Below, in pieces: positions 1 to 8,989 of a stretch of DNA of 64,000 nucleotides. Source of the stretch: an uncultured virus (IMG/VR IMGVR_UViG_3300020519_000004) (taxonomy: Duplodnaviria > Heunggongvirae > Uroviricota > Caudoviricetes). The notes beneath the pieces are model-generated. The model did no database searches and was not told the origin of the DNA. It saw nothing but the letters and a program-made list of their open reading frames with translations. The DNA lies in IMG/VR virus record IMGVR_UViG_3300020519_000004. The stretch is one strand, 5' to 3'. Both the position numbers and the translations under genes were made by a program. Every line of letters starts with the position of its first letter. Positions within the stretch are counted from its first letter, which is position 1.

Positions 1-295
1 CATAGATGTGTGGGTGGTATATTGATACAACGCTTTTCCTCCATATACCAGAGAGTACGATAATGTCGCCCTTGTACCAGTGGCCTAGGCTATCCTAAAT
101 GTTTAGAGACGCTATAGCTCGTCTATCCATTGTCAGCTTTGCTACGGTAGGACGACCGTTAGTATATTTAGGTGATGACTACCTATCCTACATTTCGACA
201 TCCATTGGATCCGATGGACATAGTCCATTGGCTGTAGGGTATACCAGTACATAGGCTTTTATATGTGTCCTATGATTATTTACACAGACTTAGGT

Positions 296-496
296 CTAGG
301 CCCCACGATGATACGTGGAACCTAGATCCTGTGACGGAGGAAGATCTGATGAATAGAAGACTTCGTGCGAAATAGTTTTATTACAAAAATCGCAGTAAGT
401 ACCTCTTTCATTATAGTCTTCGTAATACAATTCGTATTTACTACAGTTGTGATAAGTCTTTGACTTTATATATTTGATTAGGTCACTAAGGCTCAT
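296..496 (-). CDS. small hypothetical protein with CxxC
   Basis: 66-aa ORF in the left small-gene region; YCDFC motif. Confidence 0.5.
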   Translation of the reverse strand: MSLSDLIKYIKSKTYHNCSKYELYYEDYNERGTYCDFCNKTISHEVFYSSDLPPSQDLGSTYHRGA

Positions 497-638
497 AGGG
501 TATCCCCATGAACCTTAGTGTGCTGGCTTGAAATGACCCGCATCATAAAACTTGTAAGTTTATGAATTGGGCCGACAATCCAGATCATACCTAATAGAAA
601 GATAGAGTAGGCTAAAGTGCCTACTTGACGGATAATGG

Positions 639-833
639 TCATAGTGCTTTTCCTCCTGTGTAGAATTCGATTGAACTTAACATATATTCTGATAGACTAG
701 AGAAGTCACAGAGGGTGAGACCACCATGTGACTGTTCTAGTAGGGATTTCATCTGTGCTGGCCGCCCCCAATTAATAATGACATCATTCTCTAAATCTAC
801 AAGGAATGTAGCTTCATAGATAGAGGTCATCAT
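639..833 (-). CDS. hypothetical protein
   Basis: 64-aa ORF overlapping the stop of 830-1105 (coupled). Confidence 0.55.
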   Translation of the reverse strand: MMTSIYEATFLVDLENDVIINWGRPAQMKSLLEQSHGGLTLCDFSSLSEYMLSSIEFYTGGKAL

Positions 834-1105
834 TTCTTAAGCCTATCTAGGATAAGCTTGTCAATAGAGTCGTCATTAAGATGTTCGAAGACCTTGTCCA
901 TAGCCTGCTCTAAAGCGTCTATGCGGTCTTCTAGCTTGATGATCTTGTCTGCTTGACGGATAGCTAGTTGATTAGCTGAAGCAGCTGTTTCTGTTAGTGC
1001 TATAGTCCTGAGACTAAACTCCTCAATTGCTTGAGGAAGAGATACTTCGTAGATGTCGTGTAAGACTCCATCTGCTGTATAGATAACTGATGTCTTTCCT
1101 TGCAT
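830..1105 (-). CDS. hypothetical coiled-coil protein
   Basis: 91 aa, AAAGGAG SD upstream. Confidence 0.7.
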   Translation of the reverse strand: MQGKTSVIYTADGVLHDIYEVSLPQAIEEFSLRTIALTETAASANQLAIRQADKIIKLEDRIDALEQAMDKVFEHLNDDSIDKLILDRLKK

Positions 1106-1477
1106 GATTGCTCCTTTGATTAGTCTGATATGTATTTGGCATTAGTTGGTATTACTGAAATAGGGAGAGGGAGATACCCATAACCTAGCATTGTGTGGCC
1201 TATGATGGTCCAACAATCCATAGTATGCCTCTAGCATATGGGTACCCCCCTGCAAGCGCCTGATTTAGTCGCTCGTCTAACAATATTTATATATTTTATA
1301 AAGTATTTGTTCTATACTTGTATAAGAGATAAGAGTCTTTTTGATACGGAAGACTAGAAACCGTTGGGTTAAGCAGTGCATATGCACAATGACTATAGGT
1401 AACTGAGTTACTAGTCCTGATAGGTATCTGCTATGTGTGTTTGCTTGATGCGGCGCCCAAACCGAACAAGACATTTG

Positions 1478-1660
1478 TTATATCTGGTAATCAGCCTTCA
1501 ACTGAAGGATTACTGGATATATGTCAATGTATACTACACCATCTGGTGCAGTCCATTGAACTAGAGTATTCTGGTAGGCAATGAATGCCTTAGAGTGTTT
1601 GATGAGTGCTTGGTCTGCGGCGGCAAACAAAGCAGTGTTGGATGTGGTTGGTGTTGTCAT
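1478..1660 (-). CDS. hypothetical protein (cassette)
   Basis: 60 aa, AAAGGAGAG SD, degenerate cassette promoter at about 1681-1700. Confidence 0.65.
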   Translation of the reverse strand: MTTPTTSNTALFAAADQALIKHSKAFIAYQNTLVQWTAPDGVVYIDIYPVILQLKADYQI

Positions 1661-1783
1661 GTATCTCTCCTTTGTATGAGATAGATGTATATATATGGGA
1701 CTTGATGATGTATAATGGTAGAGTAGTAAAGACAGAGGGAATGCCCCCTGCCCTTACTAACCCTAAAGAACTTCCAGTAAGAA

Positions 1784-2221
1784 CTAGAGTTCCCAACCTG
1801 CTGGCTCGACTTCTACCAGTCGGCGTGGGTGAGCCCTATCGACCTGCAATGTAATAGTCTGGTAGAACTTACCAGCATTGCCTTTCGAAGCGTCGCCCTG
1901 AACTGCCTCAGACTGTTCAATGTTGCTGAGTTTGCACTCAATGAACAATTGCTTGCCTGATGACTTAGCGGCATTCAACCGAGCAAGAATGGCTTCTGCT
2001 GGATTGATTGCCTGCTTAGTTGCCTCGTTGACAGACTTGGTCTCGAACCAAACTGCAAACGCCTGACCACGACTCGAAACGACTTGTGGTGCAAAGGCTG
2101 GCAACATGAGTCCGTCCGAGTCAACTGGGCGTTGACATAGGAACTTGCGACGAAGAACTTCGCCTGTTGTTGGGTCTGTTGCTACACTGTCTGTAACACC
2201 AGAGATTTGGAATTTTGCCAT
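1784..2221 (-). CDS. hypothetical protein, probable paralogue of 2940-3281
   Basis: 145 aa, AGGAG SD; contains an in-frame CGG read as Arg at 1979-1981. Confidence 0.8.
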   Translation of the reverse strand: MAKFQISGVTDSVATDPTTGEVLRRKFLCQRPVDSDGLMLPAFAPQVVSSRGQAFAVWFETKSVNEATKQAINPAEAILARLNAAKSSGKQLFIECKLSNIEQSEAVQGDASKGNAGKFYQTITLQVDRAHPRRLVEVEPAGWEL

Positions 2222-2338
2222 GATAGTCTCCTGACTTGTTTGGCTTGAATAGGATTTGCGACGAATATCGCCTAGAAATATTTAGAATAAATATAAAAAT
2301 AAAGATATATAAATTAATTATATATAATAAGCAACACA

Positions 2339-2563
2339 CTAAGCCCTTGCGGGCTTAAGGTGCAGCAATGTCTTGCTCTTAAATTCTCCAGCATGTTCCC
2401 ATGCAAGAATTAAAGTACGATCACAAGTGCTCCAATGCAAGCCTGTGCCTGCATAAAGAGTCCAATCGTCAAGAGCCCAAAGATTGAGAAATCCAATCTT
2501 GCGCCATTCCATTCCATGAGGATTGCCAATGTTCCTAATGAATTTGATGATGTTCATCATCAT
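2339..2563 (-). CDS. hypothetical protein (cassette)
   Basis: start moved to ATG 2563 behind AAAGGAG SD; 74 aa. Confidence 0.65.
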   Translation of the reverse strand: MMMNIIKFIRNIGNPHGMEWRKIGFLNLWALDDWTLYAGTGLHWSTCDRTLILAWEHAGEFKSKTLLHLKPARA

Positions 2564-2656
2564 GTCTCCTTTCAAGAGAGTGGTCATAGATATATTTATA
2601 AACATATAAAAAAAATCGTAAGTACCACCCCCAAAGGAGTGGCACAAACAATTAAA

Positions 2657-2821
2657 TTAAACTTCGCACTGCTCGCAAACATCACCAGGAAGTGATGCTT
2701 GAATAGAGTAGATACGATCTAGTGGATCAGTTGATTGACTAACAAAGTTAGAAACTTCGTAAAGATGGGTGTCACAAAGGACACCACCTTCACCAGAAAT
2801 AATGCAACGGTGTAATGACAT
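2657..2821 (-). CDS. small Cys-rich protein (cassette; not in ORF track)
   Basis: MSLHRCIISGEGGVLCDTHL...VCEQCEV, 54 aa, between cassette promoter 2851 and terminator 2622-2645. Confidence 0.6.
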   Translation of the reverse strand: MSLHRCIISGEGGVLCDTHLYEVSNFVSQSTDPLDRIYSIQASLPGDVCEQCEV

Positions 2822-2939
2822 AAATACTCACTTTCGTTAAAGGAATAATGCACCGATATATTTATAGATATATACATGGAGTTAAGTCTCAGCACACTCG
2901 AAAATGTGCTGAGAACCTAACTGCCTTACTGGACCCGTG

Positions 2940-3281
2940 CTACCAAGTTACGGAAGCGTCGGGCTCCACTGACTTGGAGACAACGCCGCTAAACTTGATA
3001 ACGAGATCCTGTTGCTTGGAGCCGTCCTGTTTGGTAAACACAGGAGCGGACTTGATGTCAAGGACATCTGCTTCCACAACAAACTTCATCGAAGCGGCCT
3101 TAGCCTGTTCGAAGAACTGAATGTAGGTTGGAAGTGCCGCAGCAGGAAGCCAGACACACCAGACGGGCTTAGCAGTTACATCGCGCTCAACTGTGTGAGA
3201 CTCGAGTGGCTGCAGCAACATCTGGTGGGTGTTGTGCTTACTTGGCTTGTCGGAAATCCAATTTACATGGAACTTGGACAT
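2940..3281 (-). CDS. hypothetical protein, probable paralogue of 1784-2221
   Basis: 113 aa; MSKFHVNWISD vs MAKFQISGVTD, AKAASMKFVVE vs AKSSGKQLFIE. Confidence 0.75.
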   Translation of the reverse strand: MSKFHVNWISDKPSKHNTHQMLLQPLESHTVERDVTAKPVWCVWLPAAALPTYIQFFEQAKAASMKFVVEADVLDIKSAPVFTKQDGSKQQDLVIKFSGVVSKSVEPDASVTW

Positions 3282-3361
3282 AATTACCTACTCTCTGTGA
3301 CTTGGACCTGTCACTAAAGGTTCATAGGGAAATTTATAGATATATAAAGGTGCCTAAATGA

Positions 3362-3377
3362 ACCACCCGAAGGTGGT
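3362..3377 (-). terminator. C(UUCG)G hairpin, probable terminator
   Basis: minus ACCACCTTCGGGTGGT, just downstream of the 3387-3575 stop. Confidence 0.7.
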
Positions 3378-3386
3378 CCATAAAGG

Positions 3387-3575
3387 TCAGAACATTGGTG
3401 TGATACCAGCGTTCTTCTTGCTGAGCTTGCGTTGCTTGCGCGCACTAAGCAATTCTTCTGCATGTGGCTTGCAGAATGTGCGGAAGAAGCCCTCATCCCA
3501 TAGGACTCGGCCTTCCATAGCACGTAATTGCGTGTGGCACTTGCAACAAAAGCAAGCAGTGTCATTGAGTCTCAT
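3387..3575 (-). CDS. small Cys/His (possibly Zn-binding) protein (cassette)
   Basis: 62 aa, CFCCKC...FCKPH; GGAG SD. Confidence 0.65.
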   Translation of the reverse strand: MRLNDTACFCCKCHTQLRAMEGRVLWDEGFFRTFCKPHAEELLSARKQRKLSKKNAGITPMF

Positions 3576-3641
3576 ACGATCTCCAATCGTGTAGAGTAAT
3601 AGGACACGGATATATTTATAAAATATATAAAACTAACTAAA

Positions 3642-3665
3642 CTACTCACCCGAAGGTGAGCAGTA
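3642..3665 (-). terminator. C(UUCG)G hairpin, probable terminator
   Basis: minus CTCACCTTCGGGTGAG followed by a T-rich run. Confidence 0.7.
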
Positions 3666-3675
3666 AAGTAATAGC

Positions 3676-3852
3676 TCAATCAGCATAAGCTGAAAGAGCA
3701 GCCTCGGCCTCGGCTTCAGTGGCGTAATAGCCAGCTGAATAACGAGTCCAAGGAAGCCAACCTTCCACGTCGGCATCCCAGTAAAGGGAGCCAATGTAGA
3801 AACCGGCTGCGCTGCGCAGAACCTGCGCATCTGTGATCTTGTGATCAGGCAT
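3676..3852 (-). CDS. hypothetical protein (cassette)
   Basis: AAGGAGGTG SD before ATG 3852; VLRSAAGFYIG...PWTRYSAGYY. Confidence 0.75.
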   Translation of the reverse strand: MPDHKITDAQVLRSAAGFYIGSLYWDADVEGWLPWTRYSAGYYATEAEAEAALSAYAD

Positions 3853-3931
3853 GTTCACCTCCTTCCTAAAGTTGTGATGTTAATGTGCCACGGATATATT
3901 TATAAGTATATAAAAATGAAAAAGCCTACTC

Positions 3932-4099
3932 CTAAAAAGGAGTAGACTCTTCCTGTGTGCAAACTGAACAAACTGTGTCCAATTCGCGAACAAACACAAT
4001 GCGCCTTGAAACCAAGGCATCAATCAAGTGTACGGGAAGACACATGTCACAACATGTGATTTCCTTACCCGTCTTGTACTTGAATACACATACGGCCAT
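3932..4099 (-). CDS. small Cys-rich protein (cassette; not in ORF track)
   Basis: MAVCVFKYKTGKEITCCDMCLP...VCSVCTQEESTPF, 55 aa, AAAGGAG SD. Confidence 0.65.
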   Translation of the reverse strand: MAVCVFKYKTGKEITCCDMCLPVHLIDALVSRRIVFVRELDTVCSVCTQEESTPF

Positions 4100-4178
4100 A
4101 CAAGTCTCCTTTCATGAGACTAAAGAGCAGACGGAATTGTCAGCACGGATATATTTATAAAGTATAAAATCCACAGAG

Positions 4179-4198
4179 CTACCACCCGAAGGTGGTAG
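4179..4198 (-). terminator. C(UUCG)G hairpin, probable terminator
   Basis: minus CTACCACCTTCGGGTGGTAG. Confidence 0.7.
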
Positions 4199-4221
4199 AT
4201 GTGGTGAGAGGGGAGTCTCAG

Positions 4222-4413
4222 TTAACGCTTGCGCCTTGGTGTAACCGCAGATGTAAACGCAGTTACAACTGTGATTCCAGCCAATGTGGCGTCAGCAGTC
4301 TTGAGTGCAACGCGCTTGGCGATTACACTAGACTTGCTGGCAACACGACCCATTGCGAGTCGTGTATTGGTACCAGCGTTATGTGCACGGATGTGCAGTT
4401 CTTCATGCTTCAT
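4222..4413 (-). CDS. small basic protein with hydrophobic C-terminus (cassette)
   Basis: AAGGAGG SD before ATG 4413; 63 aa. Confidence 0.7.
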   Translation of the reverse strand: MKHEELHIRAHNAGTNTRLAMGRVASKSSVIAKRVALKTADATLAGITVVTAFTSAVTPRRKR

Positions 4414-4649
4414 GTCAACCTCCTTAGGTTGTGTTGGGAATGTAGCACCGATATATTTATAAGGTATAAAATAAATAAACCCTACTACCCACACAAGGTG
4501 AGTAGTAGGGCTGGAAGGAGATCGGCGCTTTTGCCTGTGTGCATCCAGGTGCCACCGTTTCGTTGTGCACGTGTATCAACGCTCCATGGATATATTTATA
4601 ATATATAAACTAACTAGAAGTACCCCCCCAGGGGGAGGGGGGCACTGAA

Positions 4650-4766
4650 CTAGCGGTTCTTGCGTAGTTGCTGTGATGCTGCCATAACGGCAACAATCAG
4701 AACAACAACACCAGTAACCTTTAAGTTGGTCTTGAGAACCAACTTGTATGCTTGCCAATAAGACAT
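4650..4766 (-). CDS. small predicted membrane peptide (cassette)
   Basis: AAAGGAG SD, MSYWQAYK...VTGVVVLIVAVMAA, 38 aa. Confidence 0.65.
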   Translation of the reverse strand: MSYWQAYKLVLKTNLKVTGVVVLIVAVMAASQQLRKNR

Positions 4767-4864
4767 GGTTGTCTCCTTTCGCGAGAGGAATATGGCACGG
4801 ATATATTTATAGGGTATAAGAATAATAAGGGTAGTCACCCGGGGGACGGGTGACCACCACTTAC

Positions 4865-5059
4865 TTAGCTGAGTTGCTGTAGAACACCAGCAATGTACTG
4901 CTGACGCTCTTGCAAAGCCTTTGCCAAGATAGGCTTGTGCTTAGCAATAGCAGCTTCCAGCTCAACAAGCTTACGTGCTGAAGACATAAGCTTGTTAGTT
5001 TCGTCATTCGTGACATCGTAGGTGATGTCACAAAATGGAATTGGCTCTGAGTGTGTCAT
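4865..5059 (-). CDS. small coiled-coil protein (cassette)
   Basis: 64 aa, AGGAGG SD. Confidence 0.7.
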   Translation of the reverse strand: MTHSEPIPFCDITYDVTNDETNKLMSSARKLVELEAAIAKHKPILAKALQERQQYIAGVLQQLS

Positions 5060-5159
5060 GGCGAACCTCCTAGTTCGTGTTGGGAATATGACACGGATAT
5101 ATTTCTAATGTATATATATAAATATAATAATATAAATATAATAAGTATAAATCTAGTTC

Positions 5160-5187
5160 GTTCAAGGTCCCCGAAGGGACCCTGAAC
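5160..5187 (-). terminator. C(UUCG)G hairpin, probable terminator
   Basis: minus GTTCAGGGTCCCTTCGGGGACCTTGAAC. Confidence 0.7.
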
Positions 5188-5204
5188 TATGTGTGCGTAG
5201 TCTA

Positions 5205-5411
5205 CTAGAGACTAGCAGGCTTGCGTGATGCAACGTAAGTTGTCACGAATGTCTTGGTGTAGACACCAGTGACGTAAGTTGCACCTACAACGGCAGTAAC
5301 AACGGTGTCTTGAGCATCGCGAGACTTAGTCGCGTGCTTCTGAGCCGATGTAATTGCCTTCTCTGAGCGGGCCTTAGCCTTCTCAGATAGGTAACGGTTG
5401 TTTGTAGCCAT
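5205..5411 (-). CDS. small basic protein with hydrophobic C-terminus (cassette)
   Basis: 68 aa, GGAGG SD. Confidence 0.7.
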   Translation of the reverse strand: MATNNRYLSEKAKARSEKAITSAQKHATKSRDAQDTVVTAVVGATYVTGVYTKTFVTTYVASRKPASL

Positions 5412-5909
5412 GAGCGAACCTCCAGTTCGTGTTGGGAATATGGCATAGAGATATTTATAGGGGTATACTGTACGGGGCGTGTTAAAAATATAACACTGTA
5501 CAGTATAATAATCATTACCCCTTTATATTTTTTCCCATATTTTACTTATTTAAGAATTTATATACCCTTATATATGTTCACATATCGTTCAAGTCAAAAA
5601 ATTTTCCCCCCAATAAAATCACATATAGACTTTTATACGTTTATAGAGGTTACCAAAAAAAATCCAAGAAATATTCCCCTACGAGTTGCAAATGGTCTAA
5701 ACACCCTGATAGGTTTCTGATTGTCATAAACAACCAATACACAACAAGGAGAAAACATATGACAAACAAGAAAATAGGTCCCGCCAAAGACATAAGCTCT
5801 GAAGGTTTCCACGATATGTCTGATATAGATGATATCTATCAATCAGCCTTCAGCTCCTATGGATCTAAGAATGCTGATTACGACTACGTAAACTTCGACA
5901 CAGATAACT

Positions 5910-6593
5910 ATGCCTACGAAGCTTACTAAGAACACCTCTTTACACCCTAACAATGCCAAACATATAAAAGGATTTGATATGAATATTAATGAAATGACAG
6001 AATTTAAGTCAACAACAACAATAAACCAGCACTTCTTATTAGGATCAGAGAAGTTATTTATAAATCCAATCAATAATTTCAGTAATCAGTTCAAGTATGA
6101 TCACTCAATTACCCTTATCGACACACATGACAGAAACAATCTGTCTGAAGCAGAGATAAAAGCTAAAGTTAAGCAGTATTATAGGAACTTAGCCATACAT
6201 TGGGAGATCAATTACCAATCAAGAGTATTCATTGGAACTGGACAAGATTGTCTATACCTATTTGATCTCTATACTAACCATGGGATCGTCTTTGATGCGG
6301 CGATTTTGATCAACTTTGATTTTAGCGCCTTCACAGACAATGAAGTTATCCTAAAAGGCATTAAAAAACATACAAAGATATATAATTTCTATAATAATAA
6401 GAAATTCACTGATACCAAGTTAGCCCACGTGAATCAATTCATCCCAACAAGGGTGTCTCCAGCTTTCAGTAAGCGTTTTGCACTTGAAGCAAGTGGTGTA
6501 CTTACCTATGACACATATGAACTGTTATATATGAATCAAAAATCACCAAGTGAATACAAAATGATTGAAGATGAGTTTACTTTAGTAAGCTAA
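5910..6593 (+). CDS. hypothetical protein
   Basis: 227-aa ORF, no recognised motif. Confidence 0.65.
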   Translation: MPTKLTKNTSLHPNNAKHIKGFDMNINEMTEFKSTTTINQHFLLGSEKLFINPINNFSNQFKYDHSITLIDTHDRNNLSEAEIKAKVKQYYRNLAIHWEINYQSRVFIGTGQDCLYLFDLYTNHGIVFDAAILINFDFSAFTDNEVILKGIKKHTKIYNFYNNKKFTDTKLAHVNQFIPTRVSPAFSKRFALEASGVLTYDTYELLYMNQKSPSEYKMIEDEFTLVS

Positions 6594-6595
6594 TC

Positions 6596-6916
6596 CTACA
6601 AGAGGTTATCTAAGCCGTCTTCTGGATTCCAGTCTTCGGCTGAGATAATCATTTGTTTAACATCATCAGGAGTGAGTCCTCTTACAATGGCTTCTGCGTC
6701 AGTTCCCATCACCTCAGCAGTCTCTAGTACCATTTCCCATTGTTCTGGCTTAAAGAAACTAATGGTTAGCTTGCTCTCATCTTCTTCTGCGTGAGCTGTA
6801 ATAACATAGTTGTACATCTCTATCATATCTGGATCATATTCCATGAGCTGATCCATTGTCTCCGGTTCAACATCATCACCACGTACTATCTTTTGAATCA
6901 TCTCCCAAAAGTTCAT
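6596..6916 (-). CDS. acidic hypothetical protein
   Basis: 106 aa, AAGGGG SD, TACTAT motif upstream. Confidence 0.75.
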   Translation of the reverse strand: MNFWEMIQKIVRGDDVEPETMDQLMEYDPDMIEMYNYVITAHAEEDESKLTISFFKPEQWEMVLETAEVMGTDAEAIVRGLTPDDVKQMIISAEDWNPEDGLDNLL

Positions 6917-7384
6917 GGTATCCCCTTACTCTTACCTATCATAGATAGTACCCTTATTTTACTATGTAAAGCTATCTAATTTGTTAAAAAATAAAAAATA
7001 ATTTTGCGCGGAACGGCTGGAGGTTAGTATTGACTGCGTTCTATACGATTCTTAAATGACTTAGAATATTAATGAAATCATCATGATCTTTTGAACCTTG
7101 AACATGAATATCAGTTTGATCTAACTGATGATTATTAAGAATATTCTCATGTTTAATATCTAAGGTATTAACCGTAGTGAAATCGTTATGATTAAACAAA
7201 CGCCAATCATCACCGTTGTAGTGATTCTCTATATCTTTAAAATTAATATCCATCTTGTGTGTTCACTTCCTCAATCCAGCTGTCATTACATTCTCTGCAA
7301 TGTACAGCATACTTTTCTTTGACTCCATTTACAACTAATGTGTTAACTGTAAAGTTTGTTGGGTATGGGCATTCGATACACGGC

Positions 7385-8377
7385 TCAATCTTGGGAAGGT
7401 TTGCTCTCATTTTCTACCCTCAATTTAAGTTGTTCGAATAATTTCTCATCATCTTTTAGTTTACCAATTGCATTTTCTCTACCTTGGGCAAAATTTTCTC
7501 CGTCTAAGAAGATCCATGCACCTTTTTGAGCAAAGATACCAATTGATAATGCTAGATCTAAGATAGATCCGTACTGATCAACACCTTTTCCATAAAAAAT
7601 ATCAAATTCAGCAATTTTTAGAGGTGGGGCCATCTTATTCTTAATAACTTTAGCCTTAACCTTAATGCCTATTGAATCGCCTTCTTTGTTCTTAATGTCT
7701 TCTTTCTTACGAAGATCAATTCTAACTGAGGCAGCATATGGTAATGCACGTCCGCCTGGTGTTGTTTCTGGATTTCCAAACATCACACCAATCTTCATTC
7801 TAATCTGATTAATAAAAACAATGAGTGTTTTATTGTCATTAGCTAATGCAGTAATCTTACGCAATGCTTTTGCCATCATTCGAGCTTGTAAGCCCATTTG
7901 ATTTGCATCCATTTCGCCTTCTAATTCCGCTTTTGGAACCAATGCAGCAACTGAATCAACGATTATTAAACCAACGTCTCCAGTTTTTACTAATTTATCA
8001 ACAATCTCTAATGCTTCCTCACCATAATTTGGTTGAGCAAGAAGTAAATCATCTAAATTAATACCTAAATCCATCATATAAGCTGGATCTAGTGCATGTT
8101 CTGCATCAATATATGCGCAACGTAAACCCATTTTCTGAGCTTGTGCAACTAAAGATAATGAGATTGTAGATTTACCAGATGATTCTGGTCCGTATATCTC
8201 AACAATTCTACCTCTTGGTAAACCACCAATTCCTAAAATCTTATCTAGAGTTGGTGCACCTGTTGATATTGCTGGCCAAGTTTGGGTTTTAGCATTACCA
8301 AGTTTCATTACTGTACCGACACCGAATTGCTTATCGAGCAAAGCGATTGCCATGTCTAACGCTTTTGATTCTTCCAT
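7385..8377 (-). CDS. recA: RecA recombinase
   Basis: GGLPRGRIVEIYGPESSGKST, IDAEHALDP, VDSVAALVPKAELEGEM, NPETTPGGRAL. Confidence 0.98.
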   Translation of the reverse strand: MEESKALDMAIALLDKQFGVGTVMKLGNAKTQTWPAISTGAPTLDKILGIGGLPRGRIVEIYGPESSGKSTISLSLVAQAQKMGLRCAYIDAEHALDPAYMMDLGINLDDLLLAQPNYGEEALEIVDKLVKTGDVGLIIVDSVAALVPKAELEGEMDANQMGLQARMMAKALRKITALANDNKTLIVFINQIRMKIGVMFGNPETTPGGRALPYAASVRIDLRKKEDIKNKEGDSIGIKVKAKVIKNKMAPPLKIAEFDIFYGKGVDQYGSILDLALSIGIFAQKGAWIFLDGENFAQGRENAIGKLKDDEKLFEQLKLRVENESKPSQD

Positions 8378-8383
8378 ATGTGT

Positions 8384-8392
8384 ATTATACCA
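8384..8392 (-). promoter_or_regulatory. extended -10 promoter for leaderless recA
   Basis: TGGTATAAT 6 nt upstream of the recA ATG, no SD. Confidence 0.7.
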
Positions 8393-8570
8393 TAGTTTCT
8401 TTTAGTGGTTTCCTCAAAATTGATTCAACCTCTTTAATTTTTTCAACCAATGCTTTTTGTAATTTTCTGTATTCAATTCTTGATTCATTATCTAATCCAA
8501 GCTGCGCTTGTCGCACTCTTTCAAGAGTTGCATACAGTTTCAGTAAATAACTTTGATCGACAATGTTCAT
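8385..8570 (-). CDS. small coiled-coil hypothetical protein
   Basis: MNIVDQSYLLKLY... part of the 82-aa ORF in the track. Confidence 0.5.
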   Translation of the reverse strand: MNIVDQSYLLKLYATLERVRQAQLGLDNESRIEYRKLQKALVEKIKEVESILRKPLKETMV

Positions 8571-8648
8571 ATATGTGTTTCCATCTCTAGTTGCTGATAT
8601 AATTGGACAGTACATTATACAGACGTTAAGCATTGAAAGTGAGACATT

Positions 8649-8804
8649 GTGGCAAGAAATATTGATACAGATAATGATTACAGAAGAGCAGCATATCTTT
8701 TAAAGGAAAAAATTACTACAGCAGCAGACTTGGTAAAAATATGGTCTTATGCTGGACCTTGTTCAGAGAATTGTCCGTCAATAGAAAAAATCTCAAAAAA
8801 GTAG
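8649..8804 (+). CDS. small hypothetical protein
   Basis: GTG start, 51 aa, TGATATAAT at 8595-8603 upstream. Confidence 0.4.
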   Translation: MARNIDTDNDYRRAAYLLKEKITTAADLVKIWSYAGPCSENCPSIEKISKK

Positions 8805-8989
8805 AAAAATTTCTTGATTTTTTTTGACAAACATGAGTATAATGTCTCTAGGGGGAAAACAGAAACTAGAGAACATTATTATCTACTTCTCTTAGTGAAG
8901 AGAATCTCTTACCAGTTACTCCAGAAACTTGCTCATCAAAGCATAAGTGGGTTACTATATATTCCATCACCATATATTAAATTAAGGGG

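Larger units (their letters stand above)
2271..5468 (-). repeat. array of repeated promoter + hairpin units separating small genes
   Basis: motif (minus) TTTATA-N4-TATAAATATATC(C/G)GTG near 2585, 2851, 3325, 3605, 3889, 4144, 4446, 4585, 4796, 5092, 5444; degenerate near 2271. Confidence 0.9.

Noticed and set aside
1606..4608. Plus-strand ORFs in the cassette array (1606, 2435, 2848, 3012, 3358, 3957, 4192, 4229)
   Set aside because: They lie antisense to SD-led minus-strand genes, and several cross the promoter and hairpin units.
2581..5460. TATAAATA as a T4 gp55 late promoter
   Set aside because: The octamer matches, but it precedes tiny non-structural genes and is not the motif found before the structural operons, which use TACTAT.
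2271..5468. CRISPR array or integron
   Set aside because: Spacers are mostly 140-480 nt and contain SD-led ORFs; the repeats are degenerate; no cas gene, integrase or attC consensus is seen.
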